This document shows, piece after piece, positions 47,345 through 62,019 of a stretch of DNA of 64,000 bases; position 1 is the stretch's first letter, and the number at the start of each line of letters is the position of its first letter. Under the pieces are notes generated by a model. The model was not told where the DNA came from. It searched no databases and was given only the letters and a program-made list of their open reading frames with translations. The translations under genes were made by a program, and so were the position numbers. This stretch comes from Paragordius varius. Taxonomy: Eukaryota > Animalia > Nematomorpha. The stretch covers positions 5,456,001 to 5,520,000 of the forward strand of contig OZ176055.1 of assembly GCA_964247055.1 (NCBI GenBank), in the 5' to 3' direction.

Positions 47345-50300
47345 CTATAATTTAGTTATGTCTTTTGGTATGTAGTATTCAGACAAACTAGGTTTTCTGT
47401 ATAGAGTTGTGTTGGGGTCATTATTTTGAGAATTGTTTTGAAAGAGATCATGCTGTTCCTGTTCCACCATAGTTTTCGGCTCATCTAAATATTGAGTACA
47501 ACCTGCTGATATTAATGGTTTACTCGAGAGATTGGAGCAATTAGATGGATTCGATGATATGACAGCCTTTGGTGTACTGTGACTCAAAGAACCATTTATA
47601 CGCTTGTAATTACCAACTTCACCACAACAATCATTTAAACGCGCCTTGGTGGTCTTGTTTGCACGTTTAGCCAAAAATTTATTGTACCATATGTTAGGGC
47701 TTGTGAAACATTTCACAGATTTTTGTTCAAGTGAATCTGGACGAACGGGACATACATATCCCGAGGCCATGTTTTTGGGGCAATGAGAATGATGTTCAAT
47801 GTTTGTATCTCGTATAATTTTTAGATTTTGTGGTTTATTGTCACAATAATGCTGATTATTACTGTATTGATGCTCCTTTGGTGTCTTTGTAATCGTATTT
47901 ATAATTTTATAACGTGGTGTATGTTTTCGCAACAAAAAATCACGACCTTTTGTCGCAGTTCCTATAATTTTTTGAACGACTATTCGGTCAAAAAATATAG
48001 ACACAAAACAATCAATGATAGCAATATACATAATAATCATTCTAGGACCAAATAATGATGATAAGAATGAATTGTATGTCAATTTTTTGAAATCAATATT
48101 TATTGGAGTAGATGTGGTGGATTTAGATTGATTTTGTAGAATCACAAAACTTGAATCCTGATTTAAAGAGATGTTATCAGGTAAAGAAATGTTATGGCTA
48201 TGACCCGTGCTTCTATAAAATGGCAACAACTCCAAATAAAAAAATCTGGCTAATCGCGTAGGAGGAAAGAGCAAAAGAATAAATGCAGTAAACAGTATGG
48301 AAATGAGGGTGGAGGCCACAAACCATATGTTTGTATAAACTGGTTGTCTGTAAGGAGGACCCTTAGACGCAACATGAGCCAATATAATGTATTGAAAAGC
48401 CGTGATATAGAAAATGGAAGTTACAGTGTGCGAAAAAAATTCTTCCTCTGGATCCAACTTAGGATCATATGGTACGAACCAGGGCTGGGAACGAACCCAA
48501 AAATAAATTATAACCATAAATATAGTTTGAATAGTTAGTTGACTTAGAATGCTGAAAACATTAACGAAAGATACGAGTGAACTATCCGGAGGTTTTCTTG
48601 CTAATATAATACTTTCTTGATTGGCTGAAAGTTTCTTTCTAGTTTTCAATGATGAATTAGGCTTAAAATTAGAAACGCAATGTAACAACATAGTTTTGAA
48701 CGACTGTTTCTCATTTTTAGTTAAATTATTGTTAGCTTTGCAAGTGTGTGATTGATTTTTAGCTAAAGATAAATCTTCTTGAGCATAAGTCTTGAGTGAT
48801 TTATTTGTTTCAACATCATCAGGCACATATGTGTGGCTATTTGTTGTCATTTTCCTCCGTTTTCCATAAGCACGCGTGTGTCCAAATGTCAATGCATGCA
48901 ATGTGATAATACACAAGTCAACATATGAGAATTGTTGATCACTAAAAGATGCCCCAATCCAATAAAGTAAGAGGACTGATACGAATTGTATAAGACTGTA
49001 AAATGCCATGTATTTAAAAACGCCAAACGAAGTGACGAGAGCTGCCCGACCCTCAGCTATGAGTCCCAACGTTCCCGTAATGTCTGTTCGAGTGCTCGCA
49101 AAATGGGCCACAAGGGAAGCTTCATTATCCGATAAGGCTAATCCAGCATGAGCTGTTTTAAGAGCTCCGCAATCATTGGCTCCGTCACCACACATACCCA
49201 CGTAATAACCCAAGGATTGAAAACGTTCCACTAGGGCTGTTTTTTGATCAGGTGTCATGCGGGCAAAAATAGTGGCGGTAGACAAACACCTCTTGTGACA
49301 TGCCATGTTTTCGTTTGTTGCCAGCGGTAGCAATGTATCAAGATCTAAATGGCCGTGAATCGAAGGAGCAAGTAATTTATCTAAATTATGAGGTTCATGA
49401 TTGAGTAGGGCTTGGAATGTGTCGCCTGTCATAACAAGATGTTGGTTTCTGTTAGAACCGTGTCTCGGACTATATTCATAATCCCCATTTTCGCAAAGAT
49501 GACTGGGAGTTTTGGGCAAAAATAGTCTAGTTTTAAATCGATTAAATATAAATTTCCATCGAAACGATATTTTGTTTGTCGAGGTATAACTTTTGTGTTT
49601 TCGATCACATTTACTGGGTGTGCTATCTCCTGGCGATGAAGAATCATTAGCTGTAGCATGTTCATATATATTATGTAATTTTATATTCATAGGTCCATCG
49701 TATTCATCCATATCAAAATTTTGGTATCTAGGATCTTTTTGTACCCTAATTTCCTTTACCATTGAATTTGTTTCAATGAGACCAGACTCTTTAGCCACAC
49801 TAACTGCTGTTAGTAAATTATCACCGGTAATCATTGTGATGCGAATGTTTGCTCGTCTTAGCACGTCTAATGTTGGAGCAGTTGCAGGTTTTAATTTGTT
49901 TTCAAATATAAGAAATCCCAAAAACTGCAAATCATTTTCAATCTACATAGAGCATATTTCAATAAATAAATGATAAAGACATATATTTTATAATTTAAAA
50001 TATAAGATTTATCATCAAACTTTGAAAATAATGGTATTCTCAAATCTACAACCTGGTCCCGATTAATCCTTTGTATTTTAGCCCATTTCAGATCAGGAGG
50101 CAGCTCCCTCCAACCTAAACCTATAACGCGGTACCCTTTGTCTGTAAGCAAGTGCAATTGTTCAGCATAATTTACAGGTAAGGTTTCAATCCTACAAAGT
50201 TTACTAATCTGTTCGGGAGATCCTTTGCAATAAAATTCATAGCGTTGTGGGGTGAAACTATCGTGGCTCCTTTCCAATTTGCAAACAACAACACTTTGAC

Positions 50301-52416
50301 GTTGGAGAGAAGAAACGAATGGGAATTGTCTGATAATGCCGATTTCGCACATGGCGGAATCTCGAATGTCGGTGGACTCATCAATAGTGAAGGAAGTAGT
50401 TGAAAACCCATCATGTACCCGTTTTCCATTATTATATACTATGGTTGGAATAAGTATATCATATTTTTGAGAATCATCCACAGATGGCTCTTTCAAATCC
50501 CATCCTGTACATTGAAACATTTTGACGTCGAGAGGATCACCCAACAATTCACCGTCAATGGTTGTTAAAGCATGACAAGTGGCTAAACAATGCAATAAAT
50601 GTGTCCCATTGCTATCAAAGATGGGATCATTCAAAACTAAAGCATCGCTTAAAAGAGATCCAAATATTGGAATATTTGTATCAATCTGTGACTCTGTATT
50701 TAGCATGCCATCGATGGTACTTGCGGAGGAAGATTTTTGCAGAGATTTTTTATTTGACATCACAGGCAATATACCATGAATATCCAGACCATCCTCAGTC
50801 AGGGTTCCCGTTTTATCGAAACAAAAAAGGTTTAGTACACCGGATACATTGATATGACTAGGGCTTACGCAAAAGATATCACGTTTTTTGAGCCGATTCT
50901 TAGCAAACACAATTCCAATTGTCATGGCTGCAGGCAAAGCTGGAGGAACAACTATGGTAACCAAATCTATCGATCGAAGAATTATCAATCTAACCGAAAC
51001 GTGATTAAGTATTTTAAGCGTTGAGCTATATATGAAACCAATCAAAGCGATGCCAAAGAGAGCCGCAATAAATTTATAACTATCCTGATTGAAATTGAAC
51101 TCACATGGTTTGGGATACATAATGGACCGAATAATTTCACCCTTTGTTGTGTTGAAACCAGTGGCAATAACTACGGCTTTAACACTATCTGAACCATAAA
51201 AACGACTCTGAATCACTTTCGTTCCACAAAACAACATGTGTTTGGAATGATGTTTCCTATCAAAAGTATCGGCGAAAAATGTGTCACCTTTAACCGACAA
51301 TCCTGCAGAAGGAGATATTGGATTTAATTCGCCATTCGGAGGATTATTACTAGAAGCAGCACTTTGATTATTTTGCAAAATATCAGGGGGAGGTGTTTTA
51401 GTTACTGGTACACTTTCGCCCGTCAACATACTTTCATTGACAATACAACTCCCAGTAAGAAGTAATGCATCACACGTCATAGTGCAGCCCTTTGTGGGTA
51501 TAATAATAACGTCGCCAGGAACTAATTGGGTACAAGGAACATCATTAATTTGCTTGAAATTACTTATTCCAATATTGTTATCAACCATAAAACTGGTTTT
51601 AGGGTCATTGTTTGGCGTGGTTCGCACCAAAAGGGTACAGGTTGCTTCAAGCTTAGCCAATTTATTAAGTGCCTTCTGATCTTTCCTTATCTCATAAGTA
51701 CTTTGTATAAGCGATATAATACTTATGATAAATATGCATGTGGCATAAAGCTCGTATTCATCGTTGTACCATAGAACAATGCTGAAAATTTGAAATATAT
51801 AAAAGGGAGTCAAAACTTCGTAAAAAAGGGTGTACCATATAGGCTTAACTTTCACGGCGATATCATTTAGACCAAAAAATAAGCGTCGTTGGTTCTGTTC
51901 ATCCATCGTTAGTGGTTGAGTTTGAGCAAATGAAGACAAGAATACACTGGATGTGAAATGCTTAATACAATCATAGGTCAGAATATCGTCACGCCATATA
52001 TAATAGATTCCATGATATTTAAAATATTTTTGTTCCGTTACATATCGAAAACCACCACCACGCTGTGGTACAATCAAGTACCTTTTGCCATGTTGATTCA
52101 AGGTATTATGAATATCACATTGATCTGCTATAAATGTCTTTACATATGTAATCTGCTTGCATCCATATCTATCTATTATTATCAACACGTCTGCAGAGTG
52201 AAGATAAGGAATTCGATCGCATGATAATCTTATATACCATAATGGTCTCCAGTGTAAAACAAGTGGAAGAAGGCCAAAAGAGATAATAAAAAAGAAATAA
52301 CAGACATGCTTCTTAAACAAATTAGTTTTAAATGGTAATATTCTTATTTCATCCTCTGTTTCACCATCCAGAATATATATCTTTTTAGACGTGGAGTGAT
52401 GAGTTTGTTTTTTCAT
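47345..52416 (-). CDS. ATP13A3: P5B-type ATPase (ATP13A2/ATP13A3-like, putative polyamine transporter), two exons, about 1653 aa
   Basis: Exons 52416-50053 and 49942-47345 joined by a 110-nt GT-AG intron (49943-50052), giving RINRDQ|IENDLQFLGFLIFENKLK. Motifs LTGESVPVTK, PPALPAAMT (P5B signature), FDKTGTLT, KGSPE, MITGDN, FARMTPDQK, MCGDGANDCGALK. The symbol marks family likeness, not one-to-one orthology. Confidence 0.93.
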
Positions 52417-53338
52417 CGAAGCAATCCTTTCCACATTGTATTGGCTTCAGGCTGTACGCACGCGAAATAGTAAACGAGAAAATATGAAAAAAATTGTCTT
52501 ACAGTGAATGCCGCGAGAGTTAATTTTTAATATTTAGGCATAAATAAATAAATTAATTAAGTAATAAAACTATAAAAAAATTTTATTTTAATGATCTTTT
52601 CATGTTTCCGCGATTTTGGGGTAGTTTTTATCTTATAGCTGAAACTTGTAAATAAACTACTGTTAAATTAAAAATTAAACAATGTTCTTCTGTATTAGTT
52701 AAAAAGTTTATTTTTTCAATGTGTCTTCTAGAGTCTAAAATTGTGACAGCATTTGTAATGATTCTTAAAGTCTTAAGAAAGCATATTTTTAATATTAGGC
52801 CGCATATCTTAAATACTTTTTTGAGATAATTTTATTATCAAGATAACATAAATATATAAGGGCGCCTGTTTCTGTAGTTTCCGAATATATTAATTAAGAT
52901 AACCCGCGGGAACTATTCAAATTGATTTTCAAAATTTAAGGCTGGAATTCCCAACGTTTAATTTTTCTAATTTTAGTATTTTTTTATGCCAAAAATTGTT
53001 AAATGTTGGACTGTAAGACAATATATTTTTTTATATTGCGCAATTCTTCCATCCTCACTGTCAGCTCTCGCAGGCGAGTGTTTGAGCATAAAACTCTGAA
53101 AAAAATAAAAGCCTTTTCCTTTAATATGGAAAAAGAGAGATTTCTAACTTTTTTTCAATAAAAAATATATTTGAAGCGCATAACAACATTTAATTAAAAT
53201 TTTTATGATGGCTGTAGACTACCAAAGTCTTAATTTTTGAATTCTTTAAAATATAACCCTTCATGACTTTAGGCCAGTTCAATTTTGCAAAAAAAATTTG
53301 AAATTTATAATTTGCAGCCATTTTTTAATTCCTTTTAA

Positions 53339-53919
53339 CACTTGGATACAACACATTCATTTTAGCCCTTCGATTCAAATTGGGGTAGTTAAATACCCCA
53401 GGCCTGTTTATAATTGACTTATTTTAAAAATATGGAATGAATCGAAACCAAGGCAAAATCTTGCACTTATATAACATAAATAAACCCAAATATACAAAAA
53501 ATTTTATTCAAAAATACTTGGTATTATTTTTTTTAAGCTAAAACCGAAAGGTAAAAATTTAGTCAACGTGACATGTGTGCAATGGTAAATTAAAAAATAA
53601 TTCAAACTAAACAGCTTTTTCTATATCTATCAATGTTAGAAGTAATTAAAATAAAAAATTAGCTTTAATTTTAACGTTAGAATTAAATGAAGACGATATT
53701 TTGCAAAATTTTTGTAAAATAAAAATGGCGTCGAAGTAGTTTGAGATGGAACTTTTTTTTCAAAACAAAATTTTATCAAGATATTTTGGCATATTTATAT
53801 AATATTTATCAGGATAGAAGCATAAATTTAAATTGGGACCGTTTCATTCAGTAGTTTTATAAAATTTTTAATTTAAATTTAGTTTGGGGTATTTAGATAC
53901 CCCAATTTGAATCGAAGTG
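53339..53919. mobile_element. TTAA-flanked (piggyBac-type) MITE, copy 1, 581 bp
   Basis: TTAA|CACTTGGAT ... ATCGAAGTG|TTAA; subterminal CTTCGATTCAAATTGGGGTA present at both ends in inverted orientation. Confidence 0.75.
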
Positions 53920-54405
53920 TTAAATCGTGAATACAACTGATAAATTGTATATTATCTTTGATAAATATAATTAATTATCTTTGTAAAGAGATTATTAATT
54001 ATTTACCGGCAAATATTTTGTATTTATTCATTTTTATATAAACTTTACGTTTTAATCGTGTTTTAAAGCTATTTCAATTTTAGACTCAAAAAAACCGTGG
54101 AATTCTGATTTATATCTAAATACAAAAGAAGAAGGAGCACTAGTCGACAAATTTAAATTTTTTGAAACCACCACTCAAAATATAAATTTAAACTAATTCA
54201 AGTCTAAAACCAAATCTGTAAAAATCTTTGATCCCCCCAAACGAAATTTCTAGATTTTACGGGTTTTTTAATACTTCAAAAGAAAATGAAAATTTATGTC
54301 ATTTAATAAAGCGTTTACTCTATCTTTTAAATATAAATAAGTCATTCAAATATTAGGGAAAAAATGTAAACATTAATATTTAGGGTTCTTTAACGCTTTA
54401 TTGAA

Positions 54406-54960
54406 CACTTCGATTCAAATTGGTATCTAAGTACCCCAGACTTATTTTTTTGGTTAGGATTTTTAAAAAACTGAAAGAAACGGTCCCAATTTAAATTTAT
54501 GCTTTTATCCTAATAAAAATTATATAAATATGCCAAAATATCTAAATAAAATTTTGTTTTGAATAAAAAGTTTCTTGTCAAACTACTTCGACGCCATTTT
54601 TAGTTTACAAAATTTTTCCAAAATATCGTCTCTATTTATTTTTAGGGTAAAACTAAAGCTAATTTTTATTTAAATTACATCTGACATTGATAGAAATAGA
54701 AAAAGTGGTTTATTTTGCATTATATTTAGATTTAACAAATGCACATATGTCATGTTGACTAAATTTTTACCTTATAGATTTAGCTTAAAATAAGTAATAT
54801 CAAGTATTTTTGAATAAATTTTTTTTTATTTCTGTTTATTAATGTTATATAAGTGCAAAATTTTGCCATGGTTTTAATTCCTTCCATAATTTTTAAACAA
54901 TTTTATTTTAAGCAGGCCTTTTGAATCGAAGGACTAAAATGAATGTGTTGTATCCAAGTG
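54406..54960. mobile_element. TTAA-flanked (piggyBac-type) MITE, copy 2, inverted relative to copy 1, 555 bp
   Basis: TGAA|CACTTCGATTCAAATTGG ... TATCCAAGTG|TTAA; alignable to the reverse complement of 53339-53919 along its length. Confidence 0.75.
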
Positions 54961-57900
54961 TTAAACACGCATTTATATGTATAATTAAAATTATTAAAAG
55001 AGACATTTTGTGGTTTTATTAAAAGCTATATTTATTTTGTTAGTTTTGGTTATTTTTTGGAGCTGTGAGGGTTTTTCTTTTCGATTAATTCTTAAAAAAG
55101 TGTTAATTATACCTAGTATTATTTATTTTCAAACATCATTGGATGCGGTATATTTTGAATATCTATAGGATCTTAAGGATGCGGTAAATTTTTTTTAGCC
55201 GCCTTCTTTTGACTTCGTTAATTTAATTATAAACTATTAGTTAGAAGAATATTACAGTAAAAAAAATTAAAATATTTTAAAATGCCTTTTTGATTCTTTT
55301 TAAAAGCTAATTTCGAAAATTATTATTTTTTACGGTTTGTGTCAATTAGATTTAGCTCATATCCAAATTTTGAATAAAGCTTTTTATCTAAAAAAGGGTG
55401 TTAATAGTCAAATTTATATAATTTGAAACATTTAACCGTTTCTGAATGCCAGATTTCTTGTTAATCAGTTAATTTTATTAACAATTACTAGATTATAGTG
55501 CGAAATCGCCTTTTATAAATATAAATAGATAATTATTGGGAAGTTAATCTAATCGCATTTGTGTTTATATATATTGTTATATTAATAATAATATGCGTTA
55601 TTAGCACAGATATTTTAAATACAAAATGTTTTCAATCATCCTCCCAATCTCTCCAGAGATTAGTGTTATTCACTGCCAATTATTACTTCCAACTATTTAT
55701 ATATATTTATTAATATTCAAAGTGTAATCTTCATCTATTTATCGGTGGTTCTTTAAAATCATTCTAATCTGTCGTAAAATATTCCAAAATCAAAAAAAGA
55801 TACACATACAGTATATAGGAGAATATATAGATTGATAGATAAATAAATGCGATAGGCCAATGTACAAAAGTGAATATTAATCTATAATGATTGCTTTTTA
55901 TAAAGAGTTTTGTGCGGAATATTTATGATACTATTGTCTAAAAACAATCATCAATCGCCTCTTTGATTTTATATTATGTTCTTGTAATGTTCTTTACCTA
56001 CTAAACTTATATATGTATTGGTAAGGAGAACCAAAATGGCAATTTTTTCATATTATGCTTTTTAATTAACAACCTAGTAGAATTTTTACGATAATAAATT
56101 ATTATATGTGGTGTCTCTTTAGAAATGTTTTAAACTTTTATCACATAACATTGTATAAACCTAAATCGATACGGTTTTTTTAAATTGGGAATTTTTCGCC
56201 CTTTTATAAGGCCCACCTTAAAATAAAACAGAGATATGCATAATTTTGTACGGAACTAAAAAATATAAATGCCATATATGAAAGGGGTAAATGATTGCCT
56301 TTCAATACCAATTTTTTTAAGGCCAATATTTCCTTTTATAACTTCTCATTATATCATTCATCAAAATAAAGTTAAAACAAAAATTTATTCTATGCTATTA
56401 TACAGTTATAAAATGTCTAATCTTAGCACTAAATCAGTTAAAACGTCTTCCTAACAAGTTGTGTTAGGGTATGACGAGCCTTTATAAAATCTACTATTGC
56501 ACAAAAATATAAAAAAGGATGATTAAACCTGAAGGCAAAAATTTTGACAGCATAAAAGCTCCAAGTTATTTAAATATATACTAATTAAAAATGTTGTGAT
56601 TGAATAAATATCTTATATTTTAGAGTGATCAAAATATATTGACAAAGAGAAATAAAATTAGCGACGCAATATATTGATGTTAAACTAAAAAAAATTTAAA
56701 ATTTTTTAATGTTCTAGTCTAATTATTATTCAGATTGAAGCATTTAAATGAGACCATTTTCTTTACATTTTTTACCTAGTAACACCGATTCGGATGTTTT
56801 TTGTAAAATGGTGCTTGATATAATTTACAGCAAGCGAGATACATGAAAAACAATCAAATTTAAAAAGATGCCTTACAAGAACGAGAGCTTTTATTGGTTA
56901 TTTTGGTATTTTAATTGGCCAAAGCGCTTTCTATATACAGTATGTTAACATGTATGATATTTTTTGTTTTGATTAGTTACATATTTAATTGTGGAGAAAA
57001 AAACGGTGGCGCCTGCGCTCGCAATGAAATATATGTTAACTATAATTTATTTTTATTTATCATATAAATTTTAGAATATAGTTGGAGTCAAAGTTTGATA
57101 CCTTATTTAAAATTAAAATGTATTTTCAAAATTGGAAATTTTTTTATTTTACTTGCTGTATATATTTATTATTGTAATTGATATTTAAATAATAATATAA
57201 ACGAAAACATTTTTTTAATTTATACGGTTGTGTTAATAGAAAGTGTTAAGGACAATTAAGAGGTGAAATTGATGAGTTATTTTTGTTAAACCCATTTCTT
57301 TTGACAAATAGATAGATATATGGATGGGTTTTTTTATCTTAACACTATATCTGTCATTATTCTATTATCAAATCCTATTTATGTTAAATTTTAATTTAAT
57401 CTTCCTTTTATTATTTTGTAAATATTTAATTAATTCTCTTGATGCCCTTTTATTTTATTTTAATTTATTTCATGGCGCGCCATTTTTTTCACTTTCTTGG
57501 TTTCCTATGACATATTAGAGTAGTTTTATATGCCAGAGCTCAATCACTACAGTTTTGAAAGTTATTTTAGTTAAAATTTAATTAAAATAGTTTTCATATA
57601 TTGGATAAATAGGCATAAATTTAACAGTTTTGTGATTTTAAGGGTAAATTGGGACAGCTCCAAAACACGATTAACCTAAACAGCTGATTTCAAAAGATAT
57701 CAAGTTTTTGCTGGTCAACAGCTTGCTAAAGTTAATTATTTACATTTTTTAACCATAATATACATTTATTTGCCTATTGTATTAGCGGGCGGCAAAAGGT
57801 TTGAGAGGATTTTTTTACAATTTTACATTTATTTCAGGATTTTTTTTTGTATTATGTGCCTAATTTTTAAATTCGGCTAAATACTTTAAATACTTTTTTA

Positions 57901-58112
57901 AATATTCTTTCAAATCGCCATGGGATATAAATCTACCTGCAAAAGATCATAAAAAATTTCTTATTGCAACTGAGCCACTGTATTTTCTCTTTTCAATTAA
58001 GTTGATACTAAATAATGAAAAGCCTCACACATGCTAATAGACGCGTGGAAATTAAATACTCTTTAAGCCAATTTAAATACCAAAATTATCAATAAAAACT
58101 CTCGCTATTGTA

Positions 58113-58291
58113 TACCGTTTTTCAGTCAAAAGCAACATTTTTTCTTTTTCAACTAACGAAACATTTTTCAAGAAAGACAACATTTTTTCAGAAGACGCAA
58201 CAATCTAGCAAGAAAAATAAAAAAATTTTGCGTTTGATCGAAAAACTGTTGCGTTTGCTTGAAAAAATGTTGCTTTTGACTAAAAATGATA
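58113..58291. mobile_element. 179-bp TA-flanked MITE made almost entirely of two inverted 21-bp arrays (family C)
   Basis: TA|TACCGTTTTTCAGTCAAAAGCAACATTT ... AAATGTTGCTTTTGACTAAAAATGATA|TA; 21-bp period visible in TTGCGTTTGATCGAAAAACTG / TTGCGTTTGCTTGAAAAAATG. Confidence 0.7.
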
Positions 58292-61200
58292 TATATGTCC
58301 CACTGCACATTACATTTTTTGTATCTAAAATTTACACACAAATACTGACAATAATATTTTATTTTTATATATTGCTATCAAAAAAATGCGATTCTAAAAC
58401 CCGAGTAAAATTAACAGCTGTTTTTATTATTAAAACTTAGCAAGCATCAAGATCGATTTTGCAACCAAAGAAAGATGCGTTTATTTTTATAAATATATTT
58501 TTACACGCTTAAAATGTGTAGAATAATTTTCCAAATCCAATGTTATTGGTTTTTGCTAGGTATATGACTTTAATTCGCCCTGAGGCAATCAACTACCCCA
58601 AAAAGTAATTAATGTTACAATTCAATATGTACTCCAAAAGTAAAAGTTATCATATGAACTTATGGTTAATAATGTTTTTGTCTAAAAAATTTTATTGAAT
58701 AGATTGTTTTTTTATCTATAATCTTTCTATAAATATGAATGGATAATTAGAGTTAATGATTTTTTGAAAAAAAAACAACCTGTATGAAGCTATGCATATT
58801 TTTCCTCTTTTACCTTATTTTCATTCGCAATTTATAATATTGATATAAAAGTTGCTCCACACAATTTTCCGATAATTATACACACGCGCGTGCATCCAAT
58901 AAATTATTAAGCATATTTATACCCTTGTACACCTTAGATTTTTGAAGCGCGCGGCATTTATTGAAAAAATATCATGAAACATACAAATACAACAAATATT
59001 ATTTATTATTATGTAAAGACTAAAAGAAGATCAATAAAATACAGAATTTATGATAATTATATACCAACTAAAATATAATATTAATTTAAAATTATTTAAT
59101 ATATTTACAGTGAAAAAAAATTATTACAATAAACCAAGACACATAATATTATTATCATCGTTTAACGGTAATGTGAAAATGATAGGGATCTGATGGAGAC
59201 ATTCTTTATATGCATCATATTTGGTATATCAATAAATCCACATTAACATCCAAATTTATCAATTTAATCAATGTTTAGCTCTAATATTGGTTGTAAAAGT
59301 AAATATGTATGTATTGTGCAAAAAACATACACAGCAGGAAGTTAGTTATAGTACAGTTTTTGAATGGGGGGAGGGGAATATTGTTTTTTTGTGTGTAATT
59401 TTATTTTTTTTATTGAATTTTTTTAACCGTAGTAACTGGCAAATGATTGTGAAGAAGATGAACACAACAATATAAATAAATTAATATCGCAATACAATGT
59501 ACATAATATAAATTCAATATAATGCACATATACATACATATTGGTATAGGCAGTAGAATATTGGCAATCACTAAAAACATACACATACTATTTATACTTT
59601 TATTATATTCTTTATTAATTGTTCATTGTGTGCCATAGTTCCAAATAATAACCAATAAATTACATAAATTGATTGAAAATTATTTTAATGTTGACGCAAT
59701 CACAAAGGTAGTACTGCACAAGTAACCCAAATTATTTTATCACGGAATCATTTTTCATACATTGCATTTACCATACATATATCAAAGAGTTTTCTTTTTA
59801 TGGATCTACAAACAAATATATTTATCAAAATAGCTATGGATACTTAAATTTAAATAATCATCCATCTCTAAATGGATTCTTTTAAAAAGTTTAACATCGG
59901 TATTTTACTATTCCGTCATGTATCTGCATCAATTTACTATTTTTAACGTATTCGAATTCGAATCCTATGATATCAAAACATCATATCATTAATAAAACTT
60001 AATTATAATTTGACTCGGTGCACAAAATTCACAAGATTTTATATACATGATCTTATAGTTGGGAAATGATTCATATTACATGAGAATTCCGAACGACTAT
60101 ATGAGATGATAAGGTTTGCAAATTTTATGTTTATCAAAATTTAGTTGGCTTTGAAGCATTATTATTTTAAACAAGATTTGTTTACCCAAATTAGATATTT
60201 TTTATATTTATTTGATTATAAATGTGTTGATCACGGGGGCGCCATTTTTCAGCCATATTCCTTGTAAAAAAAATAGTTGCTCTTACATTTTGTTTTCACT
60301 GACCATTAACATTTCTCCAAATCGTTTTTTAAAAATAAGCTCTGGCTTCAGTATTTATAATCAATTATTCCAAGTTAGGAATCTCTAATAAGGAATGTCT
60401 GCAGATCATCGTAATTAGTTATATAGAGGAATTATTCTTTTAATTAATTTATATTAATCCAATTCACTATCTTTAGATTAAGTCAGTGCGAAGTGTGACA
60501 GCGCCATATCTTAATATGATAATTTATAGAGAAATTATATTTACAAGGTTTGAAAAATATATTTATATAAAATAATTGAAATAAATAACCAAATATTATT
60601 TATTTTCTTAGATATGACCAAGACAATTTTTATAAATGCCTGCTAAATAAATCTAATTATCCAATTAAGTTAATTTATTTCACAAATGTATCATAATTAT
60701 ATTACTTAAAATATTCACACTTTTTTCGATATTAAGGTAATTGATTTCTCGATTACAAACACGAAAATCATAAATTTAAATAAGATATAACTAAATAAAA
60801 TGTATTAAATTCTTGAAAAAATTCATTAAATACCAATTATAATTTTTTAAATAAAATAAGGCTAGTGGCATCCTTTAAATGTACTGGAATGATAGCAAAA
60901 ATATCGCTAAAAGTATATTTAGCTCATTTTGTAATTATACACTAAAACTTAATTTGCTTATTAAAACAAAAAAACTATTGTTACAAACTTTAACAAAAAT
61001 GGCAACAAAAGTTGAATTTGAGCTAATATAGAAAAAAGCAAATCTAGGGCCCATATCTGATTTGGTTTCAGAAAGTCTTAATCAAAGATTCCGTTTAAGA
61101 GAAATGTTTTTTTAGTATCGCTAATTGCCGTAATTAGAAATAGATAGTGTATTTATATATAATATATACACTATGTGCAAAAACTTTTTTCATGAGATAG

Positions 61201-62019
61201 CTTATGACCAGAGAATTCATTTGCCGCAAAATTGACGACCTAGTTTTTGAAATATTGAGAGAAAATCAAAATTGGGTAAAAAGTGAAAATTAAGGATAAT
61301 TACGAAAATAATGATAAAACTTGAGATATTGGTTTATTATAATTTTAGCAGATATCTATTATTTATAAATAGCCTAAAATATATAGTATTAGGAGATAAA
61401 AAAATTTCATGAAACTATATTAAAATATTTTTTTTATTTACTAGCTAAACTTACTATTAAAATCTTAACATTCATATTTTATTAAGTAAAAAAATTTATA
61501 TATAAAATTAAAAAATTAAAAAAATATTGTTTTTTATTTTTTTTTTCATCTGGTTTATGAGTGATTAAAATATTTACTGTTTTATTTGGGAATCTTACAT
61601 AAGCGAATATTATAAAGTATATAATTTAAGACAAAATAAAATTTACAAGTAGTTAAACCAAAAATCCGTACATATCCCAGTAAAAATATTAATTTGTGTT
61701 AAAACAAAACCTGTAGATGGATTTGTTAGGATTGTTGGTTGATATCCATTAATTTTAAATCCTATTTTATATACTTTATAACTCATACTCATGTAAGTTT
61801 CCAAAATAAAACAGTATATTTTTTATACCGTCATGAACCAGATGACAAAAAAAGAAAAAAGAAAAAACAATATTTTTTAGTTTTATTTTGATATGGAAGT
61901 TTTTTTACTAAATAAAATGTGAATTTTAAGATTGGAAAAGTGAGTTTAATTAGTAAATAATTGAAAAAAAATATTTTAATATTTCATAAATTTTTTTTGA
62001 CTTTTAACTGTGTTAAAAG

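Noticed and set aside
49891-50052. The two large ATPase ORFs as separate genes or a frameshifted pseudogene
   Set aside because: A 110-nt GT-AG intron joins them in frame and restores RDQIENDLQFLG.
47828-52224. Plus-strand and alternate-frame ORFs overlapping the ATPase (also 13064, 17068, 17141, 20638, 22526 over Nrx-IV and 38756, 40426 over choline kinase)
   Set aside because: They are shadows of real coding exons, with no motifs or splice support.
52417-52434. GTG start (MERIAS..) given by the ORF track for the ATPase
   Set aside because: This is a eukaryotic gene; the first in-frame ATG is at 52416 and an in-frame TGA lies just upstream of the GTG.
55000-62000. Possible hidden gene in this long AT-rich stretch (e.g. 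short open frames near 59150-59250 and 59690-59890)
   Set aside because: I could not assemble phase-consistent exons or recognise any motif; it appears to be intergenic DNA with MITE fragments. A gene with small exons cannot be excluded without RNA data.
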